Shown piece by piece: positions 19,834 through 28,974 of a DNA stretch of 64,000 bases (its first letter is position 1; each line of letters begins with the position of its first letter). This DNA comes from an uncultured Planctomycetales bacterium (GTDB lineage Bacteria > Omnitrophota > Gorgyraeia > Zapsychrales > JAHFFX01): positions 147,659 through 211,658 of the forward strand of contig CAZTCI010000002.1 in assembly GCA_964612665.1 (NCBI GenBank). Direction: 5' to 3'. The position numbers and the translations under genes were made by a program. Under the pieces are notes generated by a model. The model had not been told where the DNA came from. It was given only the letters and a program-made list of their open reading frames with translations, and did no database searches.

Positions 19834-22338
19834 ATGATTTCCTTCCTTAAAAGATTTTTTAGCGTTTTTATCGTCGTGTTTTGTTGTTTGTTTAGTCTTT
19901 GTTTTCCCCCGCCGCTTCGCGCTGATGACGCTTCAACTGCTGAAAAAGAGCTTTTTCTCGTCGCGCAGAAAGCTTTTGATGACGGTTTTTATGATGTAGC
20001 GACCCGTTATATCAACGAGTTCATCGAAAAATATCCGCAATCCGAAAAAAATCCCCAAGCCAAACTGCTTTTAGGGCAATGCTATTTTTTTCAAACGCAA
20101 TACCTTAAAGCCTTTGAAATTTTCCAAGAGTTACTCCCCAATACCGAATTTAAAGACGCCACACTTTTTTGGTTGGGCGAGACCTACCTTAAAGGTTCCG
20201 ACTACGCCAACGCCGAAAAACAATACAAACAATTAATTGATCTTTATCCAGATTCTACCTACACACCGCAGGCTTACTATTCCATGGCCTGGTCTTACCT
20301 CGACCAGAAAAAATATCAAGACGCGCTTACCGTTTTTCAATCCTTGATCTCAAAGTTTCCCGCCCACGCGCTGGCCGAAGATGCCGCTTTTAAGTCGGGA
20401 GAATGCACTTATAACCAAACTCATTATGACGAAGCGGTTGAATATTTTAAAAAATATATTCTGAACTATCCTCAATCCACCCGTCATGACCAGGTCTATT
20501 TTTATATTGCCGAAGCCAATTATTATTTAGGAAATTTTGAAGAAGCTATTACTTATTACACTAAGACCGCGGACATTACCAAAGATCAAAAGCTTTTGGT
20601 TTTAGCGAAAGTCGGAACAGCGTGGTCCTATCTTAAAGTAAATAATTTTGATCAATCTCAGAAAATTTTTGAAGAAGCATTAGCCATGGCTCAGGCCAAA
20701 GGTATTGTCTCTGATGATATATTTCTCGGCCAGGCGAGTCTTTATGCGCAAAAGAAAGATGATGCCAAGGCCCTTACTGCTTATCAGCAATTGATTGATC
20801 AATTCCCAAACAGCCCGCGTATCGTGGATGCTTATTTAGGAAAGGCGAACACACTATACACTTTGAAAAATTATGACGAAGCCATCAGTGCTTACAACAC
20901 GATCATTGAAAAATTTTCCAAACAGGACGACGCCAAAGACAACGTTGAGAAAGCGCATTTTGGTTTGGCCTGGACGTATTTGAAACAAGGTAACATTGAC
21001 CAGTCGATTGCAAGCTTCCAAAATATTATGGACAGTACCGAAAATAAAGTTGTCAAAGTCAGCGCCTTAACCCAGATTGCCGATGCGTATCAAGATGGAG
21101 GGCGGTTGGATAAAGCGCTCGACGTGTATGACCGCATTCTGCGGGATTATCCTGACAGTCTTTACGCCGATTATGTTCAATTCCGCCAGGGCATCGCGCT
21201 TTTAAAAATGGATAAGATAGAACCTGCGATCCTTTCTTTAAAAAGTTTGAAGGCCAATTTTCCTCAAAGTCAGTATTTGAAAGATGCTGATTATTATTTA
21301 GGTTTAGCTTATTTTAAAAAAGGTGATTGGAATGCTGCGCGTGATCAAATTGGAGACTTTTTGCTAAACGTTCCAAAGACCGACGACCTTCAATCACAAG
21401 CGCATTATGTCCTGGCCTCGACGTTTTTTAATTTGAAAGAATACGATAAAGCCCGCCAAACTTTTGAGACGATCATTAAAAAGTTTCCTGATCAAGATGC
21501 CATGGTGCGTGACAGCGAAATCGGCATTGCCAAATGTTTATATAGTGCGGGTAATTTAAAGGAAGCTTTAGAGCGATTTAATTTGCTTGCGACCAAGTAT
21601 GACCAAACCGAAACTGGTGAAGATGCTTTGCTGTGGTTGAGCGATTATTATTTGGAAGCGTCAGATTTCACTAACGCAGTTAGTTATTATGAGAAACTGA
21701 TGGAGAAATATCCCAAAAGCAGCCGGATCAATTTGTTTCGGTTCCAGTTAGGACAGGCTTATCAAGGGAAAGGGGAACTTGACAAAGCGCTTAATCAATT
21801 TAAAGTGATTGAAGATCCGACAGACAAAGAATTAAATGCCAAGGCTAAACTTGCGATTGCGGATATTTTTTCGCAAGGCGTAGATCCGGAAAAGGCCTTA
21901 AGCACCTATGAAAACATCGCCGAGAGTTCTCCTGAATTTAAGCGGGATGCGTACGTCAAGATTGCGGAGATTGATAAAAATAACCAAAAATACGACGAGG
22001 CTTTAAAGGCCTATCAAAACGCGCTTAACGCGGACATTTCCTTAAGCGATATCACCAATGCCCAGCTGCAGTTTTCAATCGGTGACACTTATGAATTATT
22101 AAATCAACCCGATAAGGCGATTGAGTCTTATTTAAAAATTCCTTACCTCTATAATAAGGAAGTAACCTGGGTCACCAAAGCTTATCTGCGGGCGGGACGG
22201 ATTTTTGAAGACAAATCGGATTGGGATAATGCTAAAAATATTTATCAAAAAGTGATTGATTTAAAGACGGATGAAGTTAAATTTGCGCAGGAGCGTTTGG
22301 ACTGGATTAAGGACAACAGCATGGTTCATAAAAATTGA
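19834..22338 (+). CDS. Large secreted tetratricopeptide-repeat protein (834 aa)
   Basis: N-terminal signal peptide, then many TPR units (e.g. AxxxYxxGxYxxAxxxF); it precedes TolQ/TolR. Confidence 0.6.
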   Translation: MISFLKRFFSVFIVVFCCLFSLCFPPPLRADDASTAEKELFLVAQKAFDDGFYDVATRYINEFIEKYPQSEKNPQAKLLLGQCYFFQTQYLKAFEIFQELLPNTEFKDATLFWLGETYLKGSDYANAEKQYKQLIDLYPDSTYTPQAYYSMAWSYLDQKKYQDALTVFQSLISKFPAHALAEDAAFKSGECTYNQTHYDEAVEYFKKYILNYPQSTRHDQVYFYIAEANYYLGNFEEAITYYTKTADITKDQKLLVLAKVGTAWSYLKVNNFDQSQKIFEEALAMAQAKGIVSDDIFLGQASLYAQKKDDAKALTAYQQLIDQFPNSPRIVDAYLGKANTLYTLKNYDEAISAYNTIIEKFSKQDDAKDNVEKAHFGLAWTYLKQGNIDQSIASFQNIMDSTENKVVKVSALTQIADAYQDGGRLDKALDVYDRILRDYPDSLYADYVQFRQGIALLKMDKIEPAILSLKSLKANFPQSQYLKDADYYLGLAYFKKGDWNAARDQIGDFLLNVPKTDDLQSQAHYVLASTFFNLKEYDKARQTFETIIKKFPDQDAMVRDSEIGIAKCLYSAGNLKEALERFNLLATKYDQTETGEDALLWLSDYYLEASDFTNAVSYYEKLMEKYPKSSRINLFRFQLGQAYQGKGELDKALNQFKVIEDPTDKELNAKAKLAIADIFSQGVDPEKALSTYENIAESSPEFKRDAYVKIAEIDKNNQKYDEALKAYQNALNADISLSDITNAQLQFSIGDTYELLNQPDKAIESYLKIPYLYNKEVTWVTKAYLRAGRIFEDKSDWDNAKNIYQKVIDLKTDEVKFAQERLDWIKDNSMVHKN

Positions 22339-22453
22339 ACCTTATTGAAATTGGTGTCCTTCGACATTGTTCAAGATGCATCGAAGGGTGCCAAAAAGGG
22401 CAAAGCATCTTGATAATTCAAATTCTTAAAACAACCATCAACTGGAGGGTAGC

Positions 22454-23104
22454 ATGAGCGTTTGGGAAATTAATGCTTGGAAACTATTTCTCGCCGGAGG
22501 GCCGGTGATGTGGCCGCTGGCATTCAGTTCTATTTTTGCGCTGGGTATTTTTATTGAAAAGATTTGGTATTTTTCGGCGGTGAATGGTCAGATACAAAAA
22601 TTGAAACAAGAAATATTTAAACATCTGAAGGCTGGAAAATTAAAGGAAGCGATTAGTCTCTGCGATGTTAATGATTCCCCTTTAGCCCGCATTATTAAAG
22701 CTGGAATTTTAAAATCGGGTTCTTCGCGTGCTGAAATGAAAGAGGCGATGGAAGATGCCAGTTATTTTGAAATGCCTCGTCTCGAAAGCCGGTTAAGTGC
22801 GCTGGCAACAATCGCGAATGTGGCGCCGCTTTTAGGGTTGCTTGGAACCGTCGCTGGCATTACTGGAAGTTTTCATACCATTGCGGCCCGCGCCAATTCT
22901 AATAATCCGATGAGCCAGGGTGAACTGGTGGGCGGTATTGGAGAAGCGTTGGTTGCAACACTCGGCGGTTTGCTCGTTGCCATCACCGCATTCATTGCAT
23001 ATAACTATTGTTTAAGCCGGGCCAAGCGGATGACATTGGATATGGAACGTATCGCGACGGAAGTGGTTGATTTCCTTTCGCAAAGCAGTGAATTCAGGAC
23101 TTAA
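22454..23104 (+). CDS. MotA/TolQ/ExbB-family proton channel
   Basis: Three TM segments; LAPLLGLLGTVAGITGSF signature. Confidence 0.75.
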   Translation: MSVWEINAWKLFLAGGPVMWPLAFSSIFALGIFIEKIWYFSAVNGQIQKLKQEIFKHLKAGKLKEAISLCDVNDSPLARIIKAGILKSGSSRAEMKEAMEDASYFEMPRLESRLSALATIANVAPLLGLLGTVAGITGSFHTIAARANSNNPMSQGELVGGIGEALVATLGGLLVAITAFIAYNYCLSRAKRMTLDMERIATEVVDFLSQSSEFRT

Positions 23105-23160
23105 ATGAGGCGAGATTCTCGACATAAAAAACTAACGGATAAAAAGAGGAGGTCAACACC

Positions 23161-23565
23161 TTGCAATTTAGACGGCCCACGCGACAACTTAGAGGACTCG
23201 AGTACATTAATGTAACGCCTTTAATCGATGTCATTTTGATGTTGTTAATATTTTTTATTTTGTCTTCAAGCTTATCCAACCAGTCTGGGATAAAAGTTAA
23301 ATTGCCCAAAGCCATAACGAGCGACGCAATTAAAGAAGAAAATCTTACCGTCACCATTACCAGTGAAAATGTTATTTATCTAAATAACAAAGTTGTAACG
23401 ATTAAAGAATTAAGTCGGGAATTAAAAAAACCTGCCAATAAATCACGTTCTATTCTGATTAAGTCTGACAGACGCGCGTCGATGGGACGGATTGTCGATG
23501 TCTGGGATCTTTGTCGCGATATTGGAATAGAAAGAATCAATATAGCAACCGACCAAGATAAGTGA
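23161..23565 (+). CDS. ExbD/TolR-family protein
   Basis: N-terminal TM segment (INVTPLIDVILMLLIFFI) typical of ExbD/TolR. Confidence 0.7.
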   Translation: MQFRRPTRQLRGLEYINVTPLIDVILMLLIFFILSSSLSNQSGIKVKLPKAITSDAIKEENLTVTITSENVIYLNNKVVTIKELSRELKKPANKSRSILIKSDRRASMGRIVDVWDLCRDIGIERINIATDQDK

Positions 23566-23568
23566 GGC

Positions 23569-24006
23569 ATGTCTCAAAGTCTTAGTGAAAATCGGGATGT
23601 GGTTAAAGCCTGCTTGATTTCAGTTTTGTTTCATGTGGCCGTCTTAGTCGGTATTATTTTTACTTTTAATATCCCGATTCCCTCACCGCGGCCTTTCTTT
23701 TTTTTCCTGGGGCCGATTTTACAGAAACAAGATTTTAGTTTTTCAAGTTTGGGAAACAATGGCGTTGAAGCCAGTTTAGACCTGGGGATACTTGACCCCA
23801 AAACGACATCCAGTCTGCTCTCACCGACGGTTGTTCCAAAACCGACATTCAACTCAGTATTGCCATCTGTAAAAAAGAAAAACTTTAAACAACCTCCTGT
23901 GCCGTCGCCAAAAGAAGAATCCGAGAACAGCAATTTAAAACCACTCACTACTCCTGAAGATTTACCCGTTGCCAACTATGTGCCTTTGCGGCTTTACTCT
24001 CGATGA
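23569..24006 (+). CDS. TonB/TolA-like membrane anchor with Pro-rich linker, lacking a C-terminal domain
   Basis: SVLFHVAVLVGIIF anchor (SxxxH motif) followed by a proline-rich segment. Confidence 0.4.
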   Translation: MSQSLSENRDVVKACLISVLFHVAVLVGIIFTFNIPIPSPRPFFFFLGPILQKQDFSFSSLGNNGVEASLDLGILDPKTTSSLLSPTVVPKPTFNSVLPSVKKKNFKQPPVPSPKEESENSNLKPLTTPEDLPVANYVPLRLYSR

Positions 24007-24218
24007 TAAAAATTGATTTTCTTTGGGCTATTTCAATCTTTTTTTTAGTCTTCATTGTGCTTGTTATCGGCCATTGGATATTTTATACTTTTGATAGAAA
24101 ACGACAGACACTTAGCGGCTCAGAATTTTTACAGCAATGCCCTTATTGTACTTATCTGTTTTTTGATTTTAATTCTAAGCCATTAAAGATTTGTCCTCGT
24201 TGTCAAAGTTGCATTTAG
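24003..24218 (+). CDS. Small membrane protein with C-terminal CxxC...CxxC zinc-ribbon
   Basis: One TM helix, then CPYC...CPRC. Confidence 0.3.
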   Translation: MIKIDFLWAISIFFLVFIVLVIGHWIFYTFDRKRQTLSGSEFLQQCPYCTYLFFDFNSKPLKICPRCQSCI

Positions 24219-24239
24219 TGTCCTTGAGGAGGCCATGGC

Positions 24240-24605
24240 GTGATGTTTAGAAAACTCAACCAGGAATCCGGAATGGTTCTGCTAACGGTGCTCATTGTAT
24301 CGATCGGTATGATTATTATTGGTATAAGCATTTTAAGTCTTAATATTAATCAGGTGAAAATGGGACAACTGGAGATCGAACGTATCCGTTCCGCTGAAAT
24401 AGCTAAAGGAAAATATTGGAGTGATTATTCTCTATTTGCTAACGCTGGAACAGCCCCTGTAGCTTCCACGACTTCAACTTCAATAACTGATAATTATCCT
24501 TACCCACCCGTGACAAGAATTTATCCAATCACCACTATCAACAAAGGTGCCAATTCCGGTCCTAACAGCACCACCGCTTTCGACATTAATGTCGGAAATT
24601 ATTAA
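24240..24605 (+). CDS. Hypothetical N-terminally anchored protein
   Basis: Single N-terminal TM helix; function unknown; immediately upstream of the pil locus. Confidence 0.3.
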   Translation: MMFRKLNQESGMVLLTVLIVSIGMIIIGISILSLNINQVKMGQLEIERIRSAEIAKGKYWSDYSLFANAGTAPVASTTSTSITDNYPYPPVTRIYPITTINKGANSGPNSTTAFDINVGNY

Positions 24606-24733
24606 TTCCTCAATATCCGCCGCGATTTTTTAAAAATAACTGTCAAATAATTGTGAATCTGATTGACAAAGGAAATACCATATAGTATTTCTAATGAAAC
24701 AAGTTTTAACCTTTTATTTTTTTGGGGAGAAGA

Positions 24734-26317
24734 ATGGCCAGTAAAAGAAAAATTGGGATCCTTTTTGGATCACATTTTTTAAGTTTAGTTGATACCGATC
24801 ATCAGACCCCCAAGAATTTTATTAGTATCCCTTATGCTTCACCTCAGGAACTCCCCGTAACCCCGTCGATCGATCCAGTAAAAATCACCGGTTTAATTCA
24901 GAAAACTTTACGCGACCATAACATGCCGGCAACTGAAGCCGGTTTATCACTGGCTTCAAAAGATATTATCTTTCGTTCCTTTATTATCCCCTGGATGAAC
25001 CCAAATGAAGTGAAGGGTGTCGTTGAGTTCGAGGTTCGTAAGTATATCCCTTTTAAACTCTCTGAGCTTAATTACACATACCACACGGTAACGATTACGG
25101 AAAAAGGCGCTAAATCTTTGCGTGTTGTTTTTTGCGCTGTTAAAAGCGATGTGCTTGAAAATTATTGTAATATCCTAGAACAGTCCGGTTTAACGGTGAC
25201 CGTTATTGAGCCAGCCCCTTTAAGTTTGGTCCGTGCGTTAATTTTTAAGAAAATTCTCCCCAAAGATAAAAGAATCGCGATCATTGAAGCCGATGACAAG
25301 GAAGGAAAAATCAGTATAGTTGATCAGTCTGTGCCGCAATTTATCCGTGATTTTCAGCTGGCTCCGGCGAATCCTCAGGCCGCTATAATGAACGTTGATC
25401 TCGCCAATGCGCGTTTATTCAATGAGATCCGAGTGTCTTTTGATTATTATGCTCGACAGAGCAGCCAAGACAAGATAAATGGATTGATGGCACTGGCTCC
25501 TTCTCCGACGGCGGCTAAGGAATTCAGTGATAATTTAGCCAAAGAATTTAGTCTTCCAGTTACTTCTGTTAATAGTCAAACAATATTAAATTCAAATACA
25601 CCGCTTAGCCTTGAGCTGCTCAGCGCCTTCGGCGCCTGCCTGCGCAGTTCAGTTTCTTTGCCTGCTCAATTTGATCTATCGAGAATAAAAGCATCGGCAC
25701 CTCTGCCGAAAGTAGTAAAAACGCCGGCCGTCCCGGTTGAGGTAACACCGGTGAATGTTTCATCATCAGTTAAAGTAGCCACAGCTTGCGTCGGGGGAAT
25801 TGTGATCGCTTTTTTAATTATGAACTACCGTTTAGATCAGGTTAAAAATCAAATCAACGCCTTGACCGCACAGGAAGGAATTTTTTCTCCACTCAGCATC
25901 GATGAGATTGAACAAAAGACGACAGATTCAGGCAATAAACAGACCGATTACAAGAATGTCCGGATTAAAAGCCATGCTGCTTTTTTTCTAAGCGTTATCC
26001 CTCCACTCTTACCGGAAGGCGTTTGGCTTAAAGAATTTATCATTAGTTATACCGACACCCTATCGGCATCAGATCTTGCCGCGGTACCAGCAAAGGGAAT
26101 AGACAAAAAATTTAAAGTATCTGTTGCTCTCGCCGGGTTCGTTTATAACGAAAATACAAATCAACAAATACGTCTGGCCAAGAAATTTACCTCAAATTTA
26201 GTTGAGAATAAAAATTTTTCAAATTTCTTCGAGGCGATTGAACTTGTCACTGCGCAGACCCAACAATTAGGAAGAAGCCAAATTCCAGTGACTTCTTTTA
26301 AGATTGAATGCCGTTAA
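24734..26317 (+). CDS. pilMN: Type IV pilus assembly PilM-PilN fusion protein
   Basis: N-terminal actin-like PilM region. A single TM helix (VGGIVIAFLIMNY) followed by coiled coil, as in PilN, sits ~350 aa in. Good RBS ggggaga upstream of 24734. Confidence 0.6.
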   Translation: MASKRKIGILFGSHFLSLVDTDHQTPKNFISIPYASPQELPVTPSIDPVKITGLIQKTLRDHNMPATEAGLSLASKDIIFRSFIIPWMNPNEVKGVVEFEVRKYIPFKLSELNYTYHTVTITEKGAKSLRVVFCAVKSDVLENYCNILEQSGLTVTVIEPAPLSLVRALIFKKILPKDKRIAIIEADDKEGKISIVDQSVPQFIRDFQLAPANPQAAIMNVDLANARLFNEIRVSFDYYARQSSQDKINGLMALAPSPTAAKEFSDNLAKEFSLPVTSVNSQTILNSNTPLSLELLSAFGACLRSSVSLPAQFDLSRIKASAPLPKVVKTPAVPVEVTPVNVSSSVKVATACVGGIVIAFLIMNYRLDQVKNQINALTAQEGIFSPLSIDEIEQKTTDSGNKQTDYKNVRIKSHAAFFLSVIPPLLPEGVWLKEFIISYTDTLSASDLAAVPAKGIDKKFKVSVALAGFVYNENTNQQIRLAKKFTSNLVENKNFSNFFEAIELVTAQTQQLGRSQIPVTSFKIECR

Positions 26318-26323
26318 TACGTT

Positions 26324-26917
26324 ATGAACATAACTGAATTAAAAGATATTGATATAAAAAATATTGATATGGCCACATTGCAGGCTACGCTGCTGAAGCG
26401 TCAGGATGTTTTGGCTAATTTGGTCATTGTTGTTATCACTCTCTTTGTCGTTATTAATCTTATTACTTCGAAAGAAAATGAAAGAGAGCATCTGTTATCA
26501 ACCATTCCTGGCAAACAAAAAAAAATTGAAGCGATTGAGCAGAATAAGAAAGCAGGAAAACAGTTTGATGAGTTTTTTAACGCCTTACCAAAAGGCTTGC
26601 CTGATAACATGATCATTGACAAATTGACCGATTTTGCGGAAAAGCACCATGTTCAAATTACAAATTTTTCTCCGACGAGATCAGAAAATGACAAATTATA
26701 TGATCGTGGTCGTGTGAACATCGACATTGTTGCACCGAGCTATAAAGATTTATGGCTTTTTGTTTATGATATTGAAAATTCTGGTTATAATCTTCGGGTG
26801 GATACTTGGTCGGCAACACTTAAACCTCAAGACGCAATGTCGCTGAAGATAGGCAAGAAAGATGATGAAGAGTTTACTTCACAAATAGGCATCTCGTGTA
26901 TTAATTATAAAAAATGA
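26324..26917 (+). CDS. pilO: PilO-like pilus assembly protein
   Basis: TM helix then coiled coil; located between pilMN and pilP. Confidence 0.45.
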   Translation: MNITELKDIDIKNIDMATLQATLLKRQDVLANLVIVVITLFVVINLITSKENEREHLLSTIPGKQKKIEAIEQNKKAGKQFDEFFNALPKGLPDNMIIDKLTDFAEKHHVQITNFSPTRSENDKLYDRGRVNIDIVAPSYKDLWLFVYDIENSGYNLRVDTWSATLKPQDAMSLKIGKKDDEEFTSQIGISCINYKK

Positions 26918-27348
26918 AAAGCCGGTTATATTACATAGCATTATTAATTTTTCTTTGTCTTCCCGGAATTTTACGGGCAGAAGAAACAACAATGTCTTTT
27001 GAAGATCTTCAAAAAGCAACCAATACATATACGCTTGGTGTCCTAAATGACATTTCCTCGCTTAAAAATCCTTTTCATTCACCCTTGCCTGCAACAGAAA
27101 CAATGTCGTCTTTAACGAACGAAACTAATTCAAATCACAATCCGGCCCCGACTGAAACTAAACCGCCCAATTTAAAAATTTCAGGATTAGTGTGGAATAC
27201 TAATCTACCGCAGGCTATTGTTAATGACCGAGTTGTTAGTGTCGGCGATACAATTGATGAATGGCAAGTGACGGCAATCAACCAATCCGGGATTGAGGTT
27301 GTTTCCAAGGGAGTCAAATTTACTGTTAAAAGTAATTTTGATATTTAA
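26914..27348 (+). CDS. pilP: PilP-like pilus assembly lipoprotein
   Basis: Signal peptide; C-terminal beta domain resembling the PilP secretin-interaction region (LKISGLVWN...VVSVGDTIDEWQVTAI). Confidence 0.5.
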   Translation: MKSRLYYIALLIFLCLPGILRAEETTMSFEDLQKATNTYTLGVLNDISSLKNPFHSPLPATETMSSLTNETNSNHNPAPTETKPPNLKISGLVWNTNLPQAIVNDRVVSVGDTIDEWQVTAINQSGIEVVSKGVKFTVKSNFDI

Positions 27349-27351
27349 ACT

Positions 27352-28911
27352 ATGACAAAAATTTTGAAAATTTGTTTCATAATATTCTTAGGACTGTTTG
27401 TTGTCGTGGGCGATTATCACTTGACGCTGGGGGACTCCTCAACGGACTTTCTTTATCCGGCTACAGCCAATAAAACCATATCGATGGAGTTTAAAGGGGC
27501 TGATCTTAATGATGTTTTACGGATTTTTTCTAATCAAAGCGGCCTAAATTTTATCGCCGGTCAGGAAGCGGGGGACAAAAAGGTCACCCTTTATTTAAAA
27601 AATGTTCCAGTTGAAGAAGCTTTAGAACGCATCCTAACCGCGAATAATTTAACTTATGAGATGCAACCTAACAGTGATATTTTTATTGTCAAACCGCTTT
27701 TAAAACAAGCCAAAGAACTTGTCACTAGAGTCTATCCATTAAAATATGCGACAGTTGCCTCTTCAAAATTAAATCAAACTATTCAAATTTCCCAGGGAGG
27801 ATCTGGTTCTTCGAGTAGTGGTTCTTCGTCAGGAGGATCAAGCGCTTCAGGTGGATCATCTGGAGGATCTGCTGGTTCTTCAGCAGGAGGCTCTGCTTCC
27901 GGCGGAGCTGGTGATGGCATTGTTAACGTATTGAAAGGTTTATTGACGGAATCTGGCAAGTTAGTAGAAGATCCAAGGACGAATAGTCTTATCATTACTG
28001 ATATTCCCAATCAATTTCCGACTATTGAACGTACTCTCGCGCGGTTAGACGTTCCCATTCCTCAAATTTTAATTGAAGTTGAAATGCTTGATGTCAGCAA
28101 AAGTACGTCCGATCTTTTAGGTGTGAAGTTCGGAAATACCCCGTTAACTTTCAAAGGAGCTCAACGGGATGTTACTTATCCATGGGACCAGGGGCGGCTT
28201 TTAGATAAAGGTTACCATTTTGTGCAGTCAGAATATAGAGTTGGCACAATTGATGCCTCTGGTTTATCAGCCACCTTACAATTTCTAAAAACTCAAACCG
28301 ACACCAAAAATTTGGCGCGTCCACGTATTATGACTTTGAACAATGAAACAGCTGAGATAAAAATTTCGACTGACGAAGCGATTGGTGCGAAAACTAAAAC
28401 CGACACCGCAGATACATCTGCAACTAAAACCGTTGAGGCTGAACGCACTCAAACGGGAGTTTTTCTAAGAGTGACACCCCAAGCTAATCCTTTAACCGGT
28501 GAAATCACAATGGCGCTTGTTCCCAAAGTAATTCAAGCACGCCCCGGCGCGACTTTTTCAGGAACGACTTTTAAAGATCCGGAGGAACGCGGCACTCAGT
28601 CAATTTTAAAAGTGTTGAGCGGTGACACGATTATTTTGGGCGGACTTATGCGGACGGATGCGGAGACAACCGTGACTAAAGTTCCTCTTTTAGGAGATAT
28701 TCCCTTCGTCGGCAGCGCCTTCAGACACAAAGACAAGGCGCAGACTCAACGTGAATTGATTATATTTATTACGCCTCATATCGTCGGTGATGTCGGTAAA
28801 ATTAACACGCCAGCTAAATATGGAAGAATTAACCGAGAACAGGATGTTCCAACCTCTTATCTCCGTAGTCAAGAAGTCAATCGTGCCTTGTCAACAATGG
28901 AACGTCAATAA
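27352..28911 (+). CDS. pilQ: Type IV pilus secretin PilQ
   Basis: C-terminal secretin signature (ILGGLMRT...VPLLGDIPFVGSAFR...IFITPHIV); Gly/Ser-rich linker at ~27783-27930. Confidence 0.85.
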   Translation: MTKILKICFIIFLGLFVVVGDYHLTLGDSSTDFLYPATANKTISMEFKGADLNDVLRIFSNQSGLNFIAGQEAGDKKVTLYLKNVPVEEALERILTANNLTYEMQPNSDIFIVKPLLKQAKELVTRVYPLKYATVASSKLNQTIQISQGGSGSSSSGSSSGGSSASGGSSGGSAGSSAGGSASGGAGDGIVNVLKGLLTESGKLVEDPRTNSLIITDIPNQFPTIERTLARLDVPIPQILIEVEMLDVSKSTSDLLGVKFGNTPLTFKGAQRDVTYPWDQGRLLDKGYHFVQSEYRVGTIDASGLSATLQFLKTQTDTKNLARPRIMTLNNETAEIKISTDEAIGAKTKTDTADTSATKTVEAERTQTGVFLRVTPQANPLTGEITMALVPKVIQARPGATFSGTTFKDPEERGTQSILKVLSGDTIILGGLMRTDAETTVTKVPLLGDIPFVGSAFRHKDKAQTQRELIIFITPHIVGDVGKINTPAKYGRINREQDVPTSYLRSQEVNRALSTMERQ

Positions 28912-28974
28912 GCTAATGTCGAGCATGTCCCGGCAAAACGTTCGATAATTGTACTTTTTTGACAGGGTAGTCCT

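Noticed and set aside
22339-22453. Terminator after the TPR gene
   Set aside because: Only an imperfect hairpin (ccttcga ... tcgaagg) with no following T-tract; evidence is insufficient.
27783-27930. Gly/Ser-rich low-complexity stretch as a separate gene or repeat element
   Set aside because: It is in frame within pilQ, between the N-terminal domains and the secretin core. It is interpreted as a flexible linker.
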